A DNA stretch of 64,000 nucleotides from Felis catus (GCF_018350175.1 NC_058368.1:229030001-229094000); one strand, 5' to 3'; positions 12,080-25,704 are shown, numbered from the stretch's first letter. Notes: generated by a model from the sequence alone, not told the origin. A program made the numbers and translations.

Positions 12080-13315
12080 GTAACTTACTTATGACAAAGG
12101 AGCCAAGAATAGATGATGGGAAAGGATAGTCTCTTTAACAAATAGTTTTGGGAAAAATGGTTAACCAAAAGAATGAAATTGGACCACCATACACAAAAAA
12201 TTAACTGAAAATTGGTTAAAGGATTAGAGACTTGAAGCAATAAAATTCCTAGAAGAATACATAGGTGGCCAGTTCCTTGACATAAGTTCCTTGATGACTT
12301 TTGGAATCTGACACAAGCAAAAGCAACAAAAGCAAAAAAAAACAACCATCAAACTAAAAAGTTTTTGCACAGCAAAAGAAATCATCAATAAAATGGAAAA
12401 GAAACCTACTGAACAGAAGAAAATGATTGCAGATTGTATATGTGATAAAGAATGAATATCCAAAATATATAAAGAACTCCTACAATTCAATAGAAAAAAA
12501 AATAAATCTGACTAAAAACTAGGTGGAAGGCCAAAAATGACATTTTTCCAAAGAAGACATACAGATGACCAATAACATCTTGAACATATTCTCAACATCC
12601 TTAATTGTCAGGAAAACTCAAATGAAAACCATAAGGAAACATCACCTCACATTTGGTAGAGTGGCTACTTTCAAAAAGACAAGAGATAACAAGTGTTGGT
12701 GAGGATATGGAGAAAAGGGTGCTGTTGGTGAGAATGTAAGCTGGTATAACCATTGTAAAAATCAGTATGGAGGCTCCTCAAAAAATTAAAAATATAAATA
12801 CCATACAATCCAGCAATTCTATTTGTGGATTATTATCTGAAGAAAACAAAAACAATAATTCAAGTGATATATACACCCCCATGTTCATTGCAGCATTATT
12901 TACAATAACCAAGATATGGAAACAGTCTAAGTCCTTCCACAGATAAATGGACAAAAAAAGTTTGGCATGTATGTACAATGGGATATTATTTATCCCATTT
13001 TTTATGGGATAAATAATGGGATATTTATATATCCCATATAAAAAGATGGAAAGAATGAAATCTTGCCATTTGCTGAAACATGGATGGACCTCAAGGGCAT
13101 TTTGCTAAGTGAAATGTCACATAAAAACAAATAACATGTGATCTCATATGTGGAATTCAAAATAAAACATTACAAAACAAAACTCTAAAAACCAAGCTCA
13201 TAGATAGAACAAACTGGTGGTTGCAAGAGGCAGGTGGGGTGGAGGTGGGAGAAACAGCTAAACTGTTTTTTGGTTTTGTTTTTGTCTTGGTTTAAGTAGA
13301 TTGAATCAATTTTTT
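12080..13315 (+). mobile_element. 5'-truncated L1 (carnivore L1), ORF2 C-terminal region plus 3'UTR, degenerate
   Basis: gacaaaggagccaagaata, aaagaagacatacagatgaccaa, cccatgttcattgcagcattatttacaata, gaatgaaatcttgccatttgc. Confidence 0.92.
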
Positions 13316-14250
13316 AAAGCAGCCATGTAGAATAGAAAAAAAAAATAAGAACAGGTATTTAAGCTAACAAGACATAATAAAGCAATTTGTATAGTCTGAC
13401 AAAAATTAAGAGCATAAATCCAATAATTTAAAAAATATATCTCAATTCACTAGTTCTGTACAAAATGATATTTTATTCCTCTTCCTAGCACTCAGAATCA
13501 GTATGAGAAATTTAAAAACTATTGACATTTCATGCTGATGCTTCAAATTGGGAAAGACAAAAATTAAGAGGCAATTTTATCCTTTCTAAATTTCAGCTTG
13601 TGCATTCCGAAAATAACTGCCTGGACTAACGGTCTAATCTGGAAGTACGTGCATTCAGATAAATCCTTTCTGACTGAAGAAAAATCCTCTATGCTATCAC
13701 CTGTATTAAAGATCTAACTGGGGGCTAAGACTGTCTCTCCATGGGAATGGATTTCTCCTCTCCTCCCTAAAAATCAGAAATATATTGAACACTGTTCAAA
13801 ATATGGATTATTTAATAATTTCAAATAGTGGGAGCAATGCCCAGTACTTATCATTTTAAATGTTAAAAATTCCTTCTCCCTCTTCTCCCCCATGACTTCA
13901 ACTTACAGAAAAGTTGATAAACATTAACATCTAACTCTCATTTCTTATAGAATAAATTGCTATATTGAAATTTGCAAGGGAAGGAAAAATAATGTGCACA
14001 CACCATATAAGTTCTATCCCAAGCTATTCATATATGGAAAATATGAAGAAACAATCTCTATGCTGTGTCTTCCACACATATCTACATGGTATACCAATAG
14101 CTCACAGGTGAGAAATAAATTCCTCACAACTTTCTTGAATTTTTAGTCAATTGTTACCTGAATTTAATTAAACAAAGACAGTAGAAGAACAGAACAAAAA
14201 TAGAATAACAACAAGATCATGAATCAAAGAAAACAAATTGTCCAGCAGTA

Positions 14251-14296
14251 CAAACGAAACGAAACGAAACAAAACAAACAAACAAATAAACAAACA
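14251..14296. repeat. (GAAAC)n/(AAAC)n simple repeat
   Basis: Read directly. Confidence 0.85.
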
Positions 14297-14702
14297 GGGA
14301 ATCTAAAAGTGATGGAGAACAAAGAAGAATCAATACAGGGGTAAAAAAAAATTAACAAAAATAAATAATTGGAAGTGATTTTCATTTTCCTCAATAAGAA
14401 GGTGATTATTAAGAATATTCAATTCTCCAAAATTAAATTAATATGGTTCCAATTGGATACATGATAACATCTTATAAAAATTGAAAAGCAAATTTTAAGT
14501 TATTTACAAAGAATATATACAAGAAGAACTAAAAATACTAAAAAAAAAACACTGATGTATACCTTGCTATGGTATAAATCAAAACATACTCTATATTAAT
14601 TAAAATAAAGATCAGGTGTTATACTTAGAAGAATGGCATCTTCTACTTGGTGTTTATTTTAATATACTATGCTATATATCTAATGTACTATGCTATATAT
14701 AG

Positions 14703-14703
<1 letters not shown>

Positions 14704-14739
<36 letters not shown>
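14704..14739. repeat. (CA)n microsatellite
   Basis: About 18 CA units. Confidence 0.95.
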
Positions 14740-14743
<4 letters not shown>

Positions 14744-15550
14744 GTAGCTCTTAAATTACTATTTCTCTTTCAGAGAACTAGGCCAACTCTTTGATTTAAT
14801 AGTTTTGCAGCCGAGTGATGCTCCAAGTGATATGAAGTATTTTCCCTCCAATACAACATCCAAAGTATTCTTTATTGTTAATTACCTGTTTGTGTCTTTT
14901 ATTTCCAGTTAGATTATAATTTACTCAAAAAATAAAAAATATTTGTTGTGTCATTTAAAATAATTTAGCATAACATTACATACATTGAAATTCTTCATAA
15001 ACACATAAATAATTATTGATTTATCTCAATTTCTTGTAGATTTTCACCATAAATGTTAAACAATCATTAACATCAGATAAAACAACTATATAATTGTCTA
15101 ATTATCAGAAGCATAAACATCAATAAGTGATGTCAATTATTGATGACAGCACATGAAAAAACAAAGACACTGAATTCTGTGATATGTATAATTCAATTGT
15201 CTATTTACAGCTTATAGAGGTTAAACAGATAAATGTGATTCACCTTGAGCAATACTTTATTTGATAATGGTAAACTGAAGTTTTAAAAACTCACATAACA
15301 ATGATCACTAAAATTCACTATTATATATATCTATATATACAATACATAAATGTGTACATATATGTATATATATAATCAACTTAAAGTTCATTTTTAGACC
15401 TTTTTTAAATTTACATATGAACCATACTTTATTATCTTTAGTTTGCATGACAATGGGGCGGCATGGCCCAAACCCTATTGCTAGAAAACTGCATGTCCTG
15501 GATTATAGAACTGTGTAAATATAATCTCTTAGGAATGGTGATGACATTTG

Positions 15551-15948
15551 TGTGGTATCTCCTATTAATCCCAGCTCCCCACAATGTGGCAGGTGACAGC
15601 TCTCATTTTTAGACTCCTCAGGAATTGTCTGAAGACAGTTGCTTCACTCAAAGTTATGCCCTATTCCTATGCAACCTGCAACCAATTACTAGTCATCTTG
15701 AGTCCAAAATCCCAGTGTCCTAGCCCCATCTTGGAAAATTCTGAAGGGTTACTTCATATTTAGAGCTCACTCTTATAGTTAGTGGTGGAGGCCTTTTTGT
15801 AGAGACTCCAATGAGGCCAGCTCCTCACTCTGCCCGATGTTGTTTTTCTTCCTTTCCCTCAAGTGTTGATCCTGGAACATGATCTAAGAAACACTCTGCC
15901 CATTAATCTGTTTTAGAGTCTGCTTTTTGAGGAATTCAGCCTGTGACA
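15551..15948 (+). mobile_element. ERVL solo LTR (LTR16-family-like)
   Basis: TG...CA termini; ctcctcaggaattg, caaagttatgccc, tgttgatcc, agagtctgctttttgaggaattcagcctgtgaca. Confidence 0.7.
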
Positions 15949-17194
15949 GAGTCCTTTACACATTATCTTCATGTTAGTTTTATACATGTAGAGGCTGTGG
16001 AACTCTCTTCCCACTGATATAACCAATCTTGCTAAAAACCCATCAAATTTGTATTGTCTTTATGGGAAAAAGTAGACTTTATATAATTATTTAAATGTCT
16101 TTAATACAGGACCCTAGATCTTATATATAATGTCTATACCCATAGCTTGTAGGTGTTTGACATTATGTAAAACTTGTTCTTAATACAAGATAGCAATGTA
16201 TTATAAAATATAATTTCATTTCTATTATCTAAGATATCAGAAATTTTTCCTAATTTCTTGTGTGTTGAGTCCAGTTCTTCTGTTCAAGAATGACATAAAC
16301 ATTATTATTACAGGGTGTCACTTAGCATCAGAAATTATCAATCTATATTTTCAGAGCTGCTTGCCAATTAATATTAAGACATACCATTAAAAAGGACTAA
16401 GAATATTTCCATTGTCCAAAAAATAGTTTGTTAGTTTCAGCCACACGTTTGTGTTAAACAGCTTCTTTAGAGTAAAAGACAGTTTGTAGATGTCTTGCTT
16501 AAGTCAGCATTACTTTCTCATCTATATTCATGGTTTTTTCAGGGTCTATGCAGTTAGATTTCAGAATCACGAGTCACAACCTTATTTCAGAAAGAATCTT
16601 ATTTCAATCCATTGGTGAATATTGAAGTCTGAAGTGATAAGATTTAACGGTATTATAGGGTGTAGCGTTGCTCTAAAAATATAGAGAATTTTGGACTCAT
16701 TGCCCCATTGAGAGTCACACTGAGAAAGAATTTTAAAAGATTTACCAGTCTACACTTTTATGAAGAAAAGCACTTTTACAACTGAATTTTTTTTAACTTC
16801 AGGAAACTCCCCAAATTGTATTCTCTTTTCTTTTCAAGAAATGGCTTGCTAGCTAATTTATCCATATATTAAAGACTAATAAAATCAGAAGTTGCATGTT
16901 GAGATATATATATATTTACTTGTACTAGGATCCTTGTTTGAGCAAATAGCTACAGACTTTTTCACATAGAATTGGAAATAGCTAACCAAAATAGTCTAAA
17001 AAATAAAGTGTATATAATTAGCAGTCAGGTAAAAATTACTGTTTAAGATAAATATGATTTAATAATTATATACTGACCTGAATTAATTTTAGTAAGAAAC
17101 TTGATACTATTGCATCAAAAGGATCCATTGGGCTACACTCGTAAGTATTAGTTGAGTTTTAAAACATGGGTATTTTTTAAGTTAATTAATTCAT

Positions 17195-17396
17195 TTTAAG
17201 TTTATTTATTTTGTGAGAGAGTGAGACAGCATGAGTAGGGGAGGGGCAGAGAGAGAGGAAGACAGAGAATCCCAAGCAGACTCCCCGCTGTCAGCACAGA
17301 GCCCTACGTGGGGCTCAAACCAAAGAAATCATGAGATCATGACCTGAGCTGAAACCAAGAGTCAGATGCTTAACCCACTGAGTCACCCAGTCACCC
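17195..17396 (-). mobile_element. Can-SINE
   Basis: Antisense SINE, first of a tandem pair. Confidence 0.92.
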
Positions 17397-17398
17397 TG

Positions 17399-17445
17399 TT
17401 AAGTTTACTTATTTATTTTGAGAAAGAGAGTGCAAGCAGGGGATG

Positions 17446-17493
<48 letters not shown>

Positions 17494-17627
17494 ATCCCAA
17501 GCAGGCTTCACGCTGTCTGTGCAGAGCCTGACATGGAGCTCCATCTCATAAACCAGAGCCATGAGATCATGACCTGAGTTGATAACAAGAGTCAGCCACT
17601 TTACCCACAGAGCCAACCTGGAACCCC
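17399..17627 (-). mobile_element. Can-SINE with expanded (GA)n
   Basis: Antisense SINE; (GA)n at about 17449-17489. Confidence 0.92.
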
Positions 17628-19068
17628 AAAGTACGTGTGTTTTAAAATTCAAGTCATTTTTTTTGTATAAATAGTTTATGATGCTTTTCAATTTTAATTC
17701 TATGCTATGATCTACTATTTCTCAACATTCCCTAATTAATTTTTATATTCTATTTAGGAAAAGAATTTATTAGTCTTATCTTCCACTTAGAGGTTATAAA
17801 TTCAGCATGACATTACCTACCAGACACGTGAATGAAAGGCTATCAAACACCAACTAGTTGGTTGTATAAGAATTTTCTGAATGAAACACGTGTTTCTATC
17901 ACTGTGATAGACATCGATAGATGTACTTGACAGAATAACTTCCAGTAAACTGGAAGAAATGGATTTTCCTATGGATTTATACTCGATATATAAAATATAA
18001 ATAGCACAAATGTTTATAAGCCCTGTCTTTACACTTTTCAACTGAGAGTATGTTCTCTTCCTCTTAGTGTATCTGCCACTATAGTCCATATACTGTCAAC
18101 TGTTTTACTGTTACCTGCACCCTTTCTTTAAAAAGAGTCATTACCAGTCAATTTCAGGTGTTATTCATGGTCAATAAAGCTGTATGCGTAAAAATAGCAC
18201 TGCTCATCCAACCTTAAAATGGAACATAAGAGCTAAGAGCTTCTGGCAATGCAGACTCTCTTGAAAATATGACATTAAGTTTTTCTGCAATGAGAAATAT
18301 GTAAAGTGCCCACTTCCAATCCACTGCAGTGAACAAAAGCTGTGATATTTATCTAGAGCCACATTTTTCAAGATCAGTGAGGTCATCACTGGTTTGCGTT
18401 TGCTAGTCAAGGACATGCTTCTGGCACTTAGCCTTGTCATTCAGGCACACGCTTGAAATGCATTAAAAAAATAAATATATAAGAGTTATTTATAGAGCTC
18501 TGTGTTGGGTCCCCTTCTGTCCCACCATGGGCAGCCAGGCCTCCCTGTCTAGAGAAAAGGAATCAATTCAGACATTGCCTTCTCTTCCCTGCCCCCAGCT
18601 CATATCAAATTCATATTGTCTCAGTGTTATTTCATATGGCCCCACCAAAAGAAGACTTGCTTTATATTCTCTGTATCAAGCACTTGGACATGATTAAATA
18701 TATGTTGGTAAAAGTAATTAATTGGATTACAGATAACTTGATGTAGGAAGAAGTCAGCTTTTAATTGGGTGGCTATATATTATATATACACACACAGATT
18801 TAAAATTTTCACCTAATAAAAATTCCAAGAAGTTTTAAACCTAGACTAGAATTTCTTAAACAATTATATCAGAATATTTTAACTTGGCCATTGGTTTCAA
18901 TGATATTGCCATCATTTTTAAATGGACTATTTAAATTATTTTATTAATATATGTGAAAATAATGCAAAAATATTAGATATGCTGTAGTGTGTTGCCATGC
19001 CTAAGACTCCAGACTTCTCTATCAGAAACAAAACTTATCCATTTGTAGAATAAAAGTATTTTCTAGAA

Positions 19069-19281
19069 CAATGTGTCCTATGACTTTCTGCAATTATGAA
19101 AATATTTATAAATGTTTATAACTCAGTGCTTTCCAATAGAGTAATTGTAGCCACCTGAGACTATTAAACATCTGAATTATGGTAGGGAAACTATGCAATT
19201 AATTTTTAAAATTGGTATTATTTTAATTAATTTTAAATTTAAGTATCCATAGCTATATAAACTTACGGGTTACAACGCATG
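19069..19281. mobile_element. hAT MER3-like DNA transposon
   Basis: ctttctgcaattatgaaaata, tccaatagagtaattgtagccac, ttttaattaattttaaatttaa; flanked by ttctagaa/gtctagaa, an hAT-type 8-bp TSD. Confidence 0.7.
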
Positions 19282-19378
19282 TCTAGAAAGTCAGAGAGGA
19301 AACAAAAGTATTCAAACTACTTAAAATGTGATAACTGAGAAATTGTAAACAGATATTGTAAATATGAAGGTCATAGAT

Positions 19379-19597
19379 GGGACACCTGGGTGGTTCGTTT
19401 GGTTGAGCATATGACTCTTGATTTTGGCTCAGGTCATGATCTCACAGTTTGTGGGGATGAGCTCCATGTAGGGCTCTACTCTGACAGTGCGGAACCTGCT
19501 TGGGATTCTCTCTCACTCTCTCTCTCTCTCTCTCTCTCTCTGCCCTTACCCACTCCCACTCTTTCTCAAAATAAATAAATAAATATTTAAAAAAATA
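19379..19597 (+). mobile_element. Can-SINE
   Basis: Full SINE; TSD aaggtcataga at 19367-19377 and 19598-19608. Confidence 0.94.
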
Positions 19598-20069
19598 AAG
19601 GTCATAGAATAAATGAACCAAGAACTATTATAAAATAAGACAGAAAAAAGCTTTTTTTTAATTGATTGAATGCCAGAAAAATAATTTGTCTTTTAATTAC
19701 TCAAAAGGACATTTCAGTTTCTTAGCTGTCCAGAAATCATCAGATGACCATTGGCCTGTGATAAATATAAAACCACCAATGTAATTAACAATAATTTTGT
19801 ATTTAAAATAGAGAATTCAAAAGACGAGAAAGTAGTGTAGTGTCATCCATTGTTCAAAACAAAATATCTATTTAAGTGATTTCGTGATGTAAACAATTAA
19901 AATAATGATCATTAACTTATTTGATCTCTATACTTGATCTCAATAACAAGTATCTCAATGTATCTCTTCTCCTACTATCTCTTTAGTAGGATTTTGTACA
20001 ATGCTCTGGATCACACAAAAGCAGCTTTTTCAGTTATATTCACTAAACTTAGACCAATAAAAATGTCTT

Positions 20070-20283
20070 TTTTTTTAATTTTTAACATTTATTTATTTTT
20101 GAGACAGAGAGAGACAGAGCATGAACGGGGGAGGGTCAGAGAGAGGGAGACACAGAATCCGAAACAGGCTCCAGGCTCTGAGCTGTCAGCACAGAGCCTG
20201 ACGCGGGGCTCAAACCCACGGACCGCGAGATCGTGACCTGGCTGAAGTCGGACGCTTAACCGACTGAGCCACCCAGGCGCCCC
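20070..20283 (-). mobile_element. Young feline Can-SINE
   Basis: TSD taaaaatgtctt at 20058-20069 and 20284-20295. Confidence 0.97.
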
Positions 20284-20327
20284 TAAAAATGTCTTAATTA
20301 AAAATTAAAAGTATAAGTATACAATTA

Positions 20328-20485
20328 ATTTTTTGTTTATTTATTTATTTTGAGAGATCCCCTGTGCCAGCAGGGGAGGGGCAGAGAGAGGGAAATAGAG
20401 AATCTCAAACAAGCTTCACAGTGTCAGCACAGAGCCTGACTCGGAACTCAAACCCAGGAACCATGACATCATGACCAACTGAGCC
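20328..20485 (-). mobile_element. 5'-truncated, internally deleted Can-SINE
   Basis: TSD aagtatacaatta at 20315-20327 and 20486-20498. Confidence 0.9.
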
Positions 20486-21319
20486 AAGTATACAATTACT
20501 TTTAATATAGAGTCATTTTTCGTCACGCAAAATGCTGTGATGAATTGTGTATGAGAGAAAACTCAGTTTAAAAAATAAATTTTTACCAATGTGAATTTGG
20601 TAAAGCCATCAACAAAACACTAACTCGATATTCATCGCTGTTGGATTTGGGGGTGGAAATGTTAGGTGTACTGACTACTATCCTAGACTCCCCGTCTTAG
20701 ATGACAAAATTAAAACAAACAAATGAATGACGACATAAAACCTCCTACTTTTTAATCCATTAAAAATAAGTCACGAGAAATGGCTGTAAATCAACACGAC
20801 AGCCAATAGGAGGACAGAGCAATGAGGGCATGTGACAAATCTCCAGTCAAAAGAGTTTTCAAAATATCTGCTATTGTTAAGGCAACCTCTTCCTTAGTGA
20901 CCATCCTTCTTTCACCATACAGATGAAAGAATATGCCTTTCCTACAAGAAACACACATTCTTAGGTGAGGCCTCGGAAGGTACTATGCGTTTTTCATCCC
21001 ATGAATAAAACTCTCTAAAGTTAAAGTCGGGGAAATGAGCCAAGAAAGCAACTCTGGTGTAGAAGCACCTCCCCCAGAGACATGAGTCCAGAGAGTTACC
21101 CATCCCCCACCAAGAAAGGTGAGGAAATCATACCAACTGTGTAGTATGTTGAATTTCTAAGATGTCATTTACCATGTTCACTGAGATTTGACTTTGATTT
21201 ATAATTTTTCTTTGTCCACAAAGGAATCTTGGTGTTTGGAGGGTGAAGGGTTTTTGGTGTTTTGGGAAGGCAAGATTATGCTAATATTTTTAATTTTTTT
21301 CTTCTGAATTTATACTTCA

Positions 21320-21520
21320 GCTATTTCTTTTCTGCCTTTAATTCTCCTTCCTGTTTTCTCCTTCCTATTCTTTCTCCTTCCCTGTCTCTTCCTGTAGCTT
21401 CTTTCCTGCTCTCTTCATCCTGGTCCCCTGTCTGCTGTCTCTTCTCTTCCCTTTTGTTCTTTTTTCTTTCTTCCTGAGTCTGTTCCTCTTTGTTTCTCTT
21501 TTCTCTGATCTGTCCCCATC
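21320..21520. repeat. CT-rich low-complexity tract
   Basis: Strong pyrimidine bias on the + strand. Confidence 0.75.
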
Positions 21521-21669
21521 TCTAAAATACACATAGCACCTATCCCACAAACAATCATTTTGCTGTACAGGATGGAAAATACCCTTTACTCTCTGAAAAG
21601 TCCATTTAAAAACTCCTCTCTTTCCAGCTAAATATCTGTGGGAGGTCATATTTTTTCATATATGTTAAA

Positions 21670-21850
21670 AAATGTATCCCAAGAGACTGGATGTTTATGC
21701 CTATATAAGATACCAGCTCTCTTCTATTCAACTGGACTTCAAGGATATTTGTAAAATTAAAAAAAATTTTTTTCACTATTTTTTTGTTTTTTTAAAAATA
21801 TGGCTATATAGCATAATCTATACTTATATATTATGTGCATATTTGTATTT
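21670..21850. mobile_element. hAT Charlie-like fragment
   Basis: ccagctctcttctattcaactggacttcaaggatatttgtaaaa resembles Charlie1 internal sequence. Confidence 0.5.
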
Positions 21851-22041
21851 TTCAGAAACTATTTCTATCTTATTTTCTGTCTTCTATTTCTGACAATATA
21901 AACCTTATTGTTTTGTCAATATATTTATTTTCTTTCTGTTTTGGGTTCTCCTTAAATTATCAGGTTTTGTCAGATGTGTACTGACACTTGACATGTTATT
22001 CATATATAGGATTGGGGTTTAGAAATTTTTTTGAGTATCTT

Positions 22042-22240
22042 GGGACACCTGGGTGGCTTAGTTGGTTAAAGATCTGACTCTTGATTTCAGCTCAGGTCAT
22101 GGCCTCACGGTCCCTGAGATCAAGCACCACACGGGGTTCTTGGCTGACAGCATAGAGCCTGCTTGGGATTCTCTCTCTCTCTCTGTCTGCCCCTCCTCGG
22201 CTTGCTCTCTCTCTCAAAATAAATAAATAAACACTAAAAA
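22042..22240 (+). mobile_element. Can-SINE
   Basis: gggacacctgggtggcttagttggttaa...ctcaaaataaataaa. Confidence 0.93.
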
Positions 22241-23089
22241 CAATTTAAATTATGCTAGATGCTCCCTTTTCAAATGACAGCATAGAGAAAAGTGCAAGAG
22301 ACACACTCTTTGATATTTATGTGGAAACTCGTTTATAATTCTTTCACTTGAATGTACTGCTGCCTCTTGGGTTTGTCTGTCTCTGCCTCTTTGTCTTTCT
22401 TTTTCATCAAACACTAGGTCTGTATAACTCTCTTAAAGAATGAGTAAACAGAAAATCCTTTGAATGCACATTGTCAAATATGTTCCAACACATGATTTTT
22501 TTTCCTTCATTTGCTTTAAATATTAAATTCTGTTTGTCTTCATTTGATATCAGGATTATAATGCCTAAATTAAAACTGACTACTGGCTCATAATTGGTCT
22601 CTGGAAGGTTGTAGAAATGTATATGTTTTAGTATTCTTAAAGTTTAGTCTCTATTGTGCCATGTAGAGTTTGGTTATCTATCTTCTTTAGAATTCCAGCA
22701 GCTGTTAAGTTTGAATTCTTCCATCTTTCTTTTTTAGTGATTCTTGATAAACATTCCTTCAGATGCTTCTTATTTATTTCTCTCCTTTTGAGACTCCAAT
22801 TTTATGATAAGTGAGTATTCCTGTCCAGGATAGAAGCGTTGTCTCTTCTATTTCTGCCTTCAGTGTCTTTTAACTTTACCTTCATTTATATTCCTATAGT
22901 GATCACTTCTTTATGACTTCTGAAAGAGTTCCCCAATGGCATCTTTCAGCTCAATTAAATCTCATCAACTACGTATTTTGATACTTAGTTCATTTACGGA
23001 GTTTTTATTTCACCCATGATATTGTTTGTACCTAGAATTTCCCTTTGATTTGGCATTTTATCAGGTTAGTCCTGATTTTTATTTAAAAA

Positions 23090-23295
23090 AAATTTTAATG
23101 TTTATTTATTTTTGAGAGAGAGACACAGAGTGCAAGTGGGGGAGGGTCAGAGAGAGAGGGAGACACAGAATCTGAAGCAGGCTCCAGCCTCCGAGCTGTC
23201 AGCACAGAGCCTGATGTGGGCTTGAACTCACAAACCACGAGATCATGACCTGAGCCGAAGATGGTGCTTAACTGACTGAGCCACCCAGGTGCCCC
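23090..23295 (-). mobile_element. Can-SINE
   Basis: Full antisense SINE with a degenerate TSD. Confidence 0.94.
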
Positions 23296-23384
23296 ACCTG
23301 CTTTTAATTTAAAATACTATTTCATGACTTTCTGAGGGTGTTTATGTACTTACATAAGATTTTTTTAAAACTTCTGTTATATTT

Positions 23385-23575
23385 AACTTTACTTATGTAT
23401 GTATGTATGTATGTATGTATATGAGCTAGAGGGCAGGGGGAGAGGGAACATGTGCATGCAAGCAGGGATGGGGCAGAGAGAGAGGGAGAGAGAATCCTAA
23501 GCAGCTGAATGAACTGTGAGACTGAGTCAAAATCAAGAGTCTGATGCTTAACTAACTGAGCCACCCAGGCACCCC
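23385..23575 (-). mobile_element. Can-SINE, internally deleted, with a (TATG)n tail
   Basis: Ends ctgagccacccaggcacccc; (TATG)n at about 23394-23422. Confidence 0.88.
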
Positions 23576-23832
23576 ATCTCTGTTACTTTTTTTTTCTGTT
23601 TTGCCTATTATTAGTTTTCTTAGCAAATTTATTCCTCTTTAAGGCCATTGTGGTAGCCAGAATACCAACATGGTCTTCCTGTGAGCTCACATTCCCTCGG
23701 GGTGATCAGGTCAATTGGCTGGTGAAATATACAAAGAGGAAGGAGCAAATCTCAGCTCTCTTTTGTGCCCCTGTTGGTGCGGATGGACAGGTGAGAAAAT
23801 CTCTAGGCCAGCCACCTCCCACTCAACCACAC

Positions 23833-24152
23833 TATGATGGTTAATTTTGTGTGTCGACTTGGTTAGGCCACGGTACCCACTTTTGGGCCACACACCAGGG
23901 TGGATATTATTATGAAGGAATTTCTGTTTTAGATGTGATTACGATTTACATCAGTAGATTTGAGTAAAGCATATTACCCTCCATAACGTGGGTGTGTCTC
24001 TTCCAGTCAGTTGTGAAAGCCTTCAGGAAACAAAACAAAACCAAACCAAACCCCTGAGGTATCCAGAGGAAGAAGGAATTCTGTCTTCAGATTGCTTTTA
24101 GACCAAAAGTGCAACACCAGCTCTTCCCTGGGCCTCCAGCTTGCCTGCCTGA
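23833..24152 (+). mobile_element. ERVL LTR (MLT2-like), partial
   Basis: gatggttaattttgtgtgtcgacttgg, gagtaaagcatattaccctccataacgtgggtg, gaaggaattctgtcttcaga. Confidence 0.85.
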
Positions 24153-25704
24153 AGGCCACACCCTCTAATAACAACCCTGCCCTACCTGTTTACTCATACC
24201 TGTCCCAGGGTTTCGGAACCAAAACCACGTTTCTTTTTGATTATACAAAGTATGAGAATGCAAGGTGCCTCCAGAACAACATGGAGAAGAAAGGTGGCCA
24301 CCCATCAAGTCCTTCCCTTCAACGGAAATTTCGTCCTCCCCTCGCCAACTGTCTACCACTGACCTCACGCTGCTGTGCTGTGTTAGCACTGGCCTGTGCA
24401 CCAGAAGGAAAGCCACTGATGCTTTGAACACTGATGTTTGTTTCTCAGTGTTCTGCAATTATGATATCTCTACGTTTGGGTGTTGGGAATGATGTCAGTA
24501 GATATTATGCGATATTCAGTTATTTATCTTGTCAGACACAAAGGAGCAAAAACGTTTTTTGGTTCTGTGACAATTGAAAAATGTATCTACAACTTTAAGT
24601 GTCTCTTTGTCTCTTTTTTGACAATTGTAATACTTTATCTTCCCTGCATATATTGAAGTTGCGTGTTTTGCTTTGCTTTTGTTTGTTTGTTCATTCATTT
24701 TCACCACTTAAAAATACGTTTATCACATGATTCCCTAACGTAACTGCAAGTAGAAAATTATTAATACATAAAGTCTGACATGGAGGTACAACTTTTGCAA
24801 TAGCAAAAAACCCAAAAACCCTCCATACAAGCCATCTATAAAGAGTGAGGAAGAGAAGGAACAGGAAGAGGAAGGAGAGGAGGAAGAGAATGATGTCTAC
24901 TGATGAAGAAGTCTAAAGCATAACAAATGAATAAAGCACTATTTTTTTTTTTTGGTTTTACTTTGATCCCCCACCCAATAGAATGCTTTAAACACTGTCT
25001 TCAGCTCTGAGCGTCTTCAGCTCTGAGAGTCCCTGTGTGACGAGGCGACACTCAATGCTCTATACTTGTTTCAATTCATCCTTATTATGCATAAAATCAC
25101 ACGTACCTGCAATGCTTTCAAATAGCTTTGTAATGATACAAAGTTGTAAATTCTGTTCAAGATCACAAAATTAAAATAAAAGTGTCATATGAAATTTTAG
25201 TTATAAAACAAAATTCAGTTTGAGATGCTCTAAATCAATAGAGGGAAGAGTTAAGTAAATGACAATAAGGTCATTGGCTAGTTACTTCATGGGCAGGTCA
25301 CTTCCTTTTCTCATCTCACACTATAGAAAATAAATTACAAATTGATCAGACTTTTAAATGCAAACATCAGGTCTAAAGAAAATATGGTTGATTTAAAAGT
25401 TTTAAAAAAGGACACATTTTATCAAAACATTTATTGCCTGACCTTCATGTGCATTTTTTATTTAGATGATCTTTTAAATAGACTTAAAAATAAATTCTGC
25501 CAGCTGTGTTTTTGTCATGATATTGATCTTGTAAATTAATTTAGAGATAATTGCCAATATCAGATTAAATATCAGATTAAGACAAAACATTTATGTATCT
25601 CAATTTGATCCATCACTTTTTATATTGCTAAATAGATTTTTGTGATATTTTTAATACCAAAGTAATATACAATTTTTACATATTTCTTTGTAGCTTTACT
25701 TTTC

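Noticed and set aside
17895..17911. Resemblance of tctatcactgtgataga to a bacterial tet operator
   Set aside because: Spacing and flanks differ from tetO and there is no vector context; treated as coincidence
24997..25027. Short tandem duplications (also 14661-14700, 25557-25580, 37708-37745, about 49482-49513)
   Set aside because: Ordinary 12-21 bp slippage duplications with no sign of function
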